Assembly (NCBI GenBank): GCA_903813345.2
Contig: CAIIXF020000001.1
Span: 31,372,001 to 31,436,000, forward strand
DNA from: Owenia fusiformis
Taxonomy: Eukaryota
DNA: 64,000 nt
Reading direction: 5' to 3'
Part shown: piece by piece, positions 51,645 through 61,900 of the stretch
How positions within the stretch are numbered: the first letter of the stretch is position 1
Layout of the letters: each line of letters starts with the position of its first letter
Made by a program: the position numbers and the translations under genes
Notes under the pieces: model-generated
Told to the model about the DNA's origin: nothing
The model's input: only the letters and a program-made list of their open reading frames with translations
Databases searched by the model: none

Positions 51645-54600
51645 ATGCTGTCCTGCAAGAATCTTTTGGGAGTAGTCATTTTTATCACCGTGCTAGGTAT
51701 GTTCACATATTTTCTTCTTTTAATTCAAAATGTTATCTATTTGTGACAGTTGACACACCGGAAGAGCTACTCCTGATATCATTAAATGTATTCTCCCATG
51801 AAATATTATTGAATAACGATTTGAAAAAAACATTACATGTAGCCTATACAATTAAAAACAGTACTGAGTATTAGTTTATAATTGAAAAATATAATATTTA
51901 AAACAACTTTATAAGCCCGAAATTAAATCAACATGATTGATTAAATTGATGACCAGTTTGTAAGACGCGTTTACACGAAATGTTAATGAAGGAACAGAGT
52001 GGCAAATGTGTCTGATCCTGTTATTATAATTGATTGATTATACATAATCGACTATAGTACTGCTTTAAATTATACTTTTCAGGTAGTCTGGTAGATTCAA
52101 AGTATCATGCTGACTGCATGAAGAAATGTAAGACAACAGGAATTAATATCAAGAAGTGTAGGATATCGTGCAAGATTCCAAAGGTAGGCAAAAAACTTGC
52201 AAAATGCCACCACCTTCCATTCGTTACCGACGCCAACTGCCAAACTCCGAACACCGTCTACAAAAATAGTTGGAAACTATAACAAAAGGCTTATGTCAGG
52301 TGGTGACCTATTAAAACTAAAGTACCGTCAAAGTGTATACATTTCAGCTATAGCGTGTATATGTATTCATCTCATTAATTTTCTAGTTTGTAGAGAGTAA
52401 AATATTCTTTCAATGACAAATGATACGTACATATCAATAGTCATATCCATCTGTTAGGGAGCCTTGTAAATGTCTTCCTGTTCGTTTAAAATTATAATGT
52501 CATTCCGTTGCATTGTGATGTTTACCATATTTAATTTTTACGTAGGTAGCACACTTGAATGGAACATGTTGGAATGTATGCGTTGCAGAGTTAGGAGGAT
52601 CGCAATTCAAAACATGTATGACAAAATGCATTTTAAAACCAGGTGAGTACATAACATACTTAGTATGTATATATTCCATAACTACCAGGCGGTCGATAGG
52701 TTTATACACTTCTCAGTTTGACCAGTTTCGTTGGGAAAATATTGTTTTCTCAGTAATTCACTACGGTTTTTTTCGCAACCATTATAGAGAATGAGTTTTT
52801 TAGAGTAGCTTGCAACCATTTGTCCCATGGTCATGGAAAAATACTACAACCTCATAAATAATATAGTAATATTGCATTTTATCAGTTAATTGCCAATGGA
52901 AGCAGTGGACGGACTGGGGAACGTGTACAGAATGTTTGAAATGTTGCGAGAGACATTGCATAAGGACCAGAGGAAAAACACCAGCACTTCGAGGCGGAAA
53001 ACCGTGCATGGGGTCTCATATAGAATACCAGGTCGTGAAATGCAGCAAGACTGAGTGCTCGCGTATGTAACTTTATAAATGAAAAATTACACTGCCATGC
53101 GATATATCAACATGTAAATGTTGAAACGTAATTTTTGTTGAAGCTTCCAATAAGTTATTTAAAATCAAACAACAATATACTGAAAATGGCATTCACTACA
53201 GTAGCCATAATTTACCTGTATGTGTTCTGTCGCAATTTTTCAATTATGAATCGCACCATACTTCATCATGTATGGTACACCTGTGTATAGATAAACATAA
53301 TATGCAATGGCCATTTTATTTTATTATACCAATTGTGTAAATATTATTTATACTGAACATAATTTTTTTAATACTTTTTTAATGCACAATAAAAACAACA
53401 ACTTACAGGATCTGAATAGCGAATATGAGCATCCCGAGTAGCAACTCAAATTGCGCCTTAATACAGCTAGCCTTCAATTTTATGTAGTTTATTGTATGTT
53501 TTATGTAGAATAGTACTGCTTTCTTTCAGTACACATGCAACCTATCACAAAATTGTCCATTCAATAAAATGATTTAGCTTATATATTTTCAATCATATGT
53601 AGATACCTGACCATTGAATTGCTATTTTATTTGTTATGGTTTGTATGGAATATGCATTCCAGAGCCCGATCCAAGTCCAGGAACATGCGGTGGGTGGGGA
53701 GTCTCACATTACACAACATTCGATGGGTTGCGTTATGACTTCCAAGGTGATTGTAAATACATCCTTTTACGTTCAGTCAACGGTGCATTCAAGGTGAGTA
53801 AATAAATGGATCAGTAACACAGAAATACAGTCCTCTATAAAAGTTTGGAAATGGGGGAGTCTCGTTTTGGAACTTATCAACGCCTATTTATGCTTTGTGA
53901 TTTCAAAAAAATCATCAAAATTGTCATATATTTCCAAAACATTGAAACTGAGGAACAAAATAAAGATTTAAACATCACCAGAAGTTTGTCTAATAAAGAT
54001 TTACGGTTACAAAATCTAGTGTTGAGGTGATTTAATGGCTTAGACAAAAGTTCGACCATTATTAGCTGTTAAAAGTACAATTTCCAAACCTAATGAATGC
54101 TCAAAAAATCTTAAAAAATCGTTTACTTACATTACAGCCTGCAAAGCATATTAGCGTGTATGCCCCATCAATATTCAAATATAGCTTAATTCAATTAGAA
54201 AGACCAATAACTCTTAACTTATTTTTAGATTGAAGTGAAACATATACGCACAACACCAACAAGCACCGTATCATTCACAATATACGCTGATGTATATGTA
54301 GGTGATGATGTCATACGTCTTGGACGCGTGTCTCCCGTGACGGTAAAATATATGTTCGTTTCAGGGTTTTAGACTTTTCTAGATCAAGAATGCAGATATT
54401 CATGTATATAATATGATACTTATGTACATATAGTATTTATAGATTATAAATAAGTAGTCTAATAAGCAATATGCCATAAGGAGAAATATAATATTACAAT
54501 AAGTTATACATTATCCTTATTCTGCTAACTATCTGGATTTATAATTGATATGTTCGTATCCTTTACAGGTGAACAGAAATCCAATAGCCCTGTTCCCTTA

Positions 54601-57600
54601 TAATACTGATCTTTACTCCATTGAGGTCAATGGGGCTACTATAACATTCAACTGTCTTGTACTCTCACTGAATGTAGCGTTCAACGATGGTGTCAAAATC
54701 AAGCTTGGACGACAATGGATGAATAAAGTAAGTATAAAAGGACGGGTGTCACCTACCCTTTGCATTCGTTTGACTTCACTTCTTAAAAGAGAGCTTCGTC
54801 GTGTAGTTTAACTAGAATCTGCACGCAGGGTATATGTGTCACCTAGGGAAGTCTAAAGCGTATAACAAAATACACTAAGGAAATAAGACTTAGAGCATAA
54901 CCAGTCAAAAAGGAAACAAACCAACAAGCTACAGTTATATAAAGAACAAAAGGTTGTAAAAATATCAACTGTGACAGATCACAAAAATAAACACTAGCTA
55001 GCTATCCCCATGTACGCGCGCATATAGGCACATACACACATGCACGTACATTTCAGTGGGTTATTATCATTTTGAAGTGGTCAATGAAAAAAGTCTTATT
55101 TTACTGTACAGACAAGTTTAAATATATAATTCCTGTATCAAATAAATGATCATTTACAATGTGTTTGTAAGTAAAAGCAAATTGCATAATCGATAGGTAA
55201 TCATTGTAGATAGATGGTCTATGTAAGAATTTCGATGGAAATCAGACTAACGATTGTACAGTTGCGTCAGGTTCTGATATCACTACACAGCCAAACAAGG
55301 GCACGTTGCTAGGAGACAGTTATCAGGTGTTCGATCCAGAAGAGCCGATGTAAGAAAGCGTAAAGCCATACTTCTTTTGAGTTGTATGATATTTCGTAAT
55401 TTTTATATGATTTATGAACAAATGTTAAAATTTCAGGTGTAAGAGTAGTTTGGTGGATGATCTGCCAAACCAGTGTAAGGATGACAAAACATTGGAAGAA
55501 GCCAAAGTTGCATGTGAACTTGTAGTTGACCATGAAGGTCCATTTGCTGATTGTGTAAAAAGGTACTCTAGATGACGAGATGTTTGTTACATATTCAATT
55601 GAAATCGTGATCATAAATTAGTTTACTGAGTTACTTCTTATTTCAGCGTATGCTTTCTCATATTGTAGAATGTCACGGGGATTTTTACAGAATTTTTTAG
55701 AAGATTGTAATGTAGACCACTGTGGAAATCACGGGAATATATGTGACATTGCAGCGGCATTTGCCGATTTATGTAGGGAAAATGGTGTCGATGCGCCTTT
55801 GTGGAGGGACGTTTTCAACTGTCGTAAGTTCATCTAAAAGCCCGAAAGAATCCAACAAAGTATTATTTGAAAAAAATGAAGGCATGTTTAAATACATGTA
55901 TTTAAACAAGGTTTTATTGTACAATAAAACCTGTCAAATTCAAACCCCAATGAGCCCAACTAAAAGTATTCTGATCAGGAGGTGCTCACATTTCAAAGTT
56001 TTTGCATTTGCATTTTTGAGGAAACATGAACACAGTCTCTATAAATATTCATTGTTCTATTTACCACAAAGCTTTTAAAATGCTCGCAATTTACAATATT
56101 CGAACCGTAACACTTCTGACGTGATAGTCAAATGTTTGCATCGAATCTCCTGTTGTCACTTTCCACAGTAATCGTACTAATGATCTTATTTTTGGTGAAT
56201 CAATTTGAAGTACGAAGATGTGTAATGCTTATAAAACAATTAAATTTTTATCTTAGAAATGAAATGCGGAGATAATGAAGAATATTTGGCTAATGGTCCA
56301 GGTTGTGAGAGGAAGTGTTTAGAGGGCGATCAGAGATACTGTAACACACCTAAAAGAGAAGGATGTTTCTGTAAAATTGGGTATATCAGATGTAATGGCA
56401 CGTGTAGTATTGGTAAAGGTACGTTGAAATCAATTGATACTGATTTTGCAGACTTGAAAATGAGCTGCATATGCAAAACCTTCCAGGTCAAAATATTTTT
56501 TTTATATTCACGGTTACATGTGTTGCAGGATCCCTTTGGATCATTGACATTTATTTGATCAAAATCCTGTTTTTAGATTATTGTTCTCTTTTTTGTAAGT
56601 AGTGATCTGAGGTTGCACTGAATCTAGTTGGGATATCTTTATAGTCAGGATCATTATTTGAGTTACTAGATGCATAACCAATTGTTTCAGATTACTGTCC
56701 GCCTAGTTCTGACCCAAGGTACAGGGCAACTGAAACGTGCTGTATGCATAGCTCCTGGCATTGGGCTCTTATTGATGGTAGCTACTTCACTCAGGACATT
56801 CGTGGTGGGGAGTTAGTAAAACATCTTTGCCCAAAGGGTCAAGTTTTTAAGGTGACCAGTCACAACGAATGCAAATGCATAAAGGGTATTTATAGTTTTA
56901 ATAAGGATCTAGTCAAATAGTAAAAACATGAAATAAATTTTCCACTTAATCAAAAACGACATTTTTCAATATTGTCGTATAAGGTGCTGGTCCTTTTGAC
57001 TATAGAGGACTCAGTAAGTAATTAATTACACATTCTATGTATAAAATACAATTTCTTGACTAATGTATCATTAATATATATTATATTTTTGATATCTTTT
57101 TAAGTGGCCCGAGTGGATGATAAAAGACCTCGAAAGTTTTGCACTTTTACATTGAGTTCCATGTTAATTGATCAATCTTCGAGTTTTTCGAGTGCAAATG
57201 AATAGCTCAATATATCGGATGACCCAACAAATTTTGAAAAGTATTTTCTCGTCGACTGATGAATCAAATTCACTGAAAATGTGTACAAACTAGCTGAGTA
57301 TCATTAGCAAGTTGTAAAATGTAAAAAAGATCAAGTAAATAATCTGTGAGAACTAAGAAATTCCAAATAGCATGTCAAAAATTCCCTGGATAAAATAGGT
57401 CTAACTGGACTATATGGGAAGACAGTTGCCCATCTTGCCCTAAGTCTTGTGGTGGTCTGTTACTTGTGCACAAACCAAGAGCGGAAATGGACAATATTGC
57501 ACACCAACTTTTAAAAATATGTCCAAATTTGGTTATTAGTTCATCTAGATGTTTAATTTGCAGGCTGTAAATGGTCAAACTGGGCTACTTGGAGCGAAAT

Positions 57601-58893
57601 CTGCCCATTCTGCCCTAAGTCTTGTGATGGTGGATATGTTACTTGTACACGTATCAGGACCAGACAAGGGCCATATTGCACACCAATATCACCTATATCA
57701 GAGAGTGAAACATCAACCAAAATATGTCCAAAAACATGTAAGAATTCAAAGACAAGAAAGTTGTCAATTAAATATCTCACTAAACAGAACTGGTTAGAAG
57801 TGCAGATCTTAACTGTTTTTGAAGTTCTGTTTATGTAACAAATGTGAGAAAATAAATTAATGATTTTGTTCTTTTCTGAGCTATTTGTTCAAACACACGT
57901 ATATCTTCTTGGGCATATGCTACTGACACACATTTGTGATAAATATGCCGTGGGAATTCTGCCTACAAGTCGTGAGATAAGAAAAAGCAAAAATTGACCC
58001 TCGAGGGTCGGACACTTTTTTTATCGAACCGATCCGTTTCAGTTAAAGTGTAATCGAGTGGAGTGCCAGTGCCATTTTGATAATGCACTAAGGCTTCACC
58101 TTCTTGCATTGTGTGAATAGTTTAATACATGCCTTCATGCTATCTAATTTGCAATATAAGATGATACAGGATTCTTTATTCGTTTTGTATGAATGGTTTC
58201 ATTTCCTTAATCGTGTCATAATACCTGAGAATCTCGTTCACTTTTCTTAACGCAACATTTGAAAGGGTCGACATGCCACCATACTCGACTAACTTGCATT
58301 GCTGTCGCTGATCTAAGTGTAAAACTTGCAGGTTGCTGGTCGAACTGGACTCCTTGGAGTGAAAGTTGCCCTTCTTGCCCTGGCTGTGGTGGAGGATCAG
58401 TAATATGCACACATACTAGTACTAGACAAGGACAAAACTGTGCACCAAATGTTCAATTAGAAACTAAAGTTTCGACCAAAACTTGTTTGTCACCACCATG
58501 TATGTAATATTTCTTCTTTATCATTGAAAAAAATGTAAAAATGAATATAATAAGCCCTCTTTCCGGAATTCATACGGATTGGCGACATGAGTTGAATTAT
58601 ATCGGATGATATGTTTCATAATAGCTGAAAATCTCGTTCATCGTATACTAGTAAAAGTTTCAATTACAAACTTATTAATCTTAGAGTTTACGTTGATCTA
58701 CATGTAGATGTTCAATTTACAGGTTGTGCATGGTCAACCTGGGCTACTTGGAGCGAGAACTGCCAATCTTGTCCAAACTCATGCGAAGGAGGATCTGTTA
58801 CTTGTACTCGAGCAAGGACTAGGCAGGGACCATATTGCACACCAAAGACTCAATCACAGAATGAAACATCAATCAAAATGTGTCCAAAGATAT
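51645..58893 (+). CDS. Gene B: secreted multidomain protein SP-2x(CX3C-Xn-CX3C)-TSP1-VWD-C8-TIL-ChtBD2-like-TSP1x3 (at least 707 aa; mucin/zonadhesin/SCO-spondin-type D assembly)
   Basis: Exons 51645-51696, 52083-52183, 52546-52642, 52886-53062, 53663-53793, 54229-54342, 54569-54727, 55210-55349, 55437-55562, 55669-55823, 56257-56418, 56691-56885, 57564-57737, 58332-58499 and 58723-58893 are all GT-AG, phase-consistent and stop-free. Motifs: CQWKQWTDWGTC (TSP1); TCGGWGVSHYTTFDGLRYDFQGDCKYIL and GLCKNFDGNQTND (VWD); GPFADC...DCNVDHC...AAAFADLCRENGV...WR...C (C8); CGDNEEY...GCERKC...EGCFCKIGYIRCNGTC (TIL); WSNWATWSE.C (TSP1). The 3' end is uncertain. Confidence 0.85.
57395..57530 (+). pseudogene. 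Decayed TSP1 pseudo-exon in an intron of gene B
   Basis: GGTCTAACTGGACTATATGGGAAGACAGTTGCCCATCTTGCCCTAAGTCTTGTGGTGG...ATATTGCACACCAA..AAAATATGTCCAAA aligns to exon 57564-57737 but has deletions, a frameshift and no good splice sites. Confidence 0.65.
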
Positions 58894-58964
58894 GTAAGTA
58901 GTGGAATGGGTGATAGGTGTTTTTCGTGCGATGAAGTCTAAAAATTTTAATTGGTATAATCATT

Positions 58965-61900
58965 TAGGCCACCTAAAACTACATTTATTCATGAATTTTC
59001 AGTTTCCAATTTTTCAGCGTTAAGCGGCTGTTCCATTTTACCCCCCCTGAAAAACCAAAAGAGGGGTATGTATACAAATGCAGCCATTTCACCATTATAC
59101 TTCGAGCAATTCTATTGAAAGTTCATGGGAACATACATTGTATAATAGACATGTATCATGCAAAATATGAGTGTGAAAGCTCTACTTGTTGCCATGGTAA
59201 CCACTCGTTGAATTATAAAAATGACTGAAAAAGGGCGATTTTCGTACATTTGGATTGCAGTAAACTGAACTTATCTTGTTGTAAGAGATTGATTGATCAG
59301 TCTAAATATGCTTAAAAACTTCCCAGATGTGTATGGTACAAATCTAGGGGAAAAGTAAATTTTTGGGATGTTTCTTATATTTTACATGATTTTTTTAATA
59401 TGCATACCCCTATTCAGGATCCATATGTGCTTTTCTTGTCTGTAATGTCAAAAACATAGATATCTTCAATATTTCAAGTTGAATCTTTTCTTATATTATA
59501 CTGGAAAGCTAAATGCATATTAATGAGATCCATGGTCAGGATTAATGTAATATTTGTATCTGTTGCTCTGGTGACCACATATAACTATTAATTTTTCGCA
59601 CATGTTCCATGTTAAATCGTGAAGACAGCAGATTTCATCATTTCAGGAATATTTGTCTTGCATCATTACATACACAATACACAGAGTAAAAGGTCTAAAG
59701 AGGTACTATATCTAGTATACTTAGATGGGGTTTGTCATGACTGACTCTTCAAAATTGAGGTTTTAAAAAAAAGCACATGTAATGAAAAATCAGAAAATGG
59801 AACTTGTTACAAGATTAAGTTGAAAACAGGTAAAATGAACTAATAACATTTATGACATATTATTCTCTTACATCTGAAGAAATTGAAAATACATTAAAAC
59901 ATAAATTTTCAGAATAGTTTACCATGAAATTAAGATTAAACTGAAAAAGTAAATGTCAAACAATATATATTTCAGGGAAGCAATGAGTAAACGAGTCTTG
60001 AGAAAGCGTGTTGCACCTGCATCAGAGGCTCGCGGTGAGACATCTAGGCCAACATATCTGTTTTCCGATTCCAAATGTATTTTTTGTGATAAGACTATTA
60101 AATATCTGAAAAACAATAAGAAGGAATATCTTACACAATGTACTACAAAAATAACTAGAGCAACAATTAATCATGCTATGCATATAAGAGAGGATTGGAA
60201 CTTAATTCGCAAAATTGGCGGACGTGATCTTCTGGCTGGAGAGGCTTATTTCCATCAGGCTTGCAAGCGCTCATATTGTGAACCTAAAATTGTTGGAAAA
60301 CCTGAGGTAGATGACTATGGTGATTTAATTGAAAAAACTACAGGGACAAATGTCAAATTTGATGAAAAAGAACCAGAGGAATCCAATGACCCATCATTCA
60401 CCTACATATGTGAAAGGATATCCGAAGACATTATGCTTAGGAAGAATGTTGGTTCTCTTAATAACATTCACAAACAATATCAGACCCATAAACAAGAAAA
60501 TGATCCCGTGAATTATCAAAAGGACTATCGCAGAAGTAGATTGAAATCTCGCTTGCAGTCTCATTATGGTAATAGAATAGTTTTACAGCCTGGTAAAAAT
60601 GAGAAAGACATTTTGATTTATAGCTCAAGTCTAACTGTATCAGATATTGCCGACTCAGCTGCAATGGTAAATCAGACAAATGAACATGGATGCCTGCAGA
60701 AAGCAGCACATTATTTAAGAGACAAGATAATTGCTGCTAGTGAAAACGTCTCTCCAACAAACTGGCCACCATCTGCTTCAGAATTATCAGCAAGTATGTT
60801 CCACACTATTCCACCAGAGTTGCAATATTTTCTTATACTTCTTCTATCAGGCAATGACACAAAAATGAACAATACAAAATATAAACGCTTGACTCATACC
60901 ATAGGGCAAGACATTTGCTATGGTGCAACAAATGGATCATTCAAAATGCCAAAACATTACTTGCTTGCGATAGCTATTCATCATCTTACAGGGAGTGCAG
61001 AGTTGATCACACTACTGAATCATCATGGCTACTGCACCAGTTACACAGAGGTCCTAGAAATAGAGACTGCAATATGTGAAGAGATTAAACAGCAAGTGTC
61101 ATCCTTACCACCATCAATATCCATTTTGTCAAACCAAGTTCTGATGTATTGCTTCGATAATTTTGATCTCAATGAGCAGACTCCCAGTGGTTCAGGAACT
61201 ACACATTCTACCCATGGCATTGTCATTCAAGAACAGAAATCTGTGAATCCTCACTGTCATCAAGACACAGCTATGGAGGTTGACGCACATACAGAGTCTA
61301 GTGAAAGTCAAGGTCAGCTGGAGCCAATGGATGATGATGGTGGTGATATTTCTTCAGAATCTCAAGGTGGTGTGCCAATCCTTCTACCTCAGTCAGATGA
61401 ACATGTTGATGAAATTGTTGATTCTAGTGCTCAGCCTCCATCACTTGAACCAACTAAGGAACGCTACCCTAATGCAAGGAGATCAGTTAAACTGACAGAG
61501 GACATATTACCACCATGTTATGCAGTTAACAAAGCAGAACCACCTAAAGGGTTTGATGTCTTCACAATCTCAGAGGAAAGTGAGGTGGCATTAGCTAATG
61601 CTTCTAGAAGTGATCTGATGTGGATTTTGTGTCGTCATCAACAGTCAGAAAATCAGAGTGTCCCTAGCTGGGCAGGTTGGGTGTCACTAACAGGCAAGGG
61701 CTCAACTAATGTACCAGTTCAGTCTGTTATAGACTATCTTCCTCCAATAAACCACCCAATAACTGAGAATGCTACAGTTCAAGAGTGCCTGAATATTGCT
61801 ATGCAAGGAACAGCTGAGGTGGGCCAACATTACACATTAGTAACATTTGATCTGGCAGCAGCCAAAAAGGCCCTGAACATTGTATGGCAATTTCAAAAAT

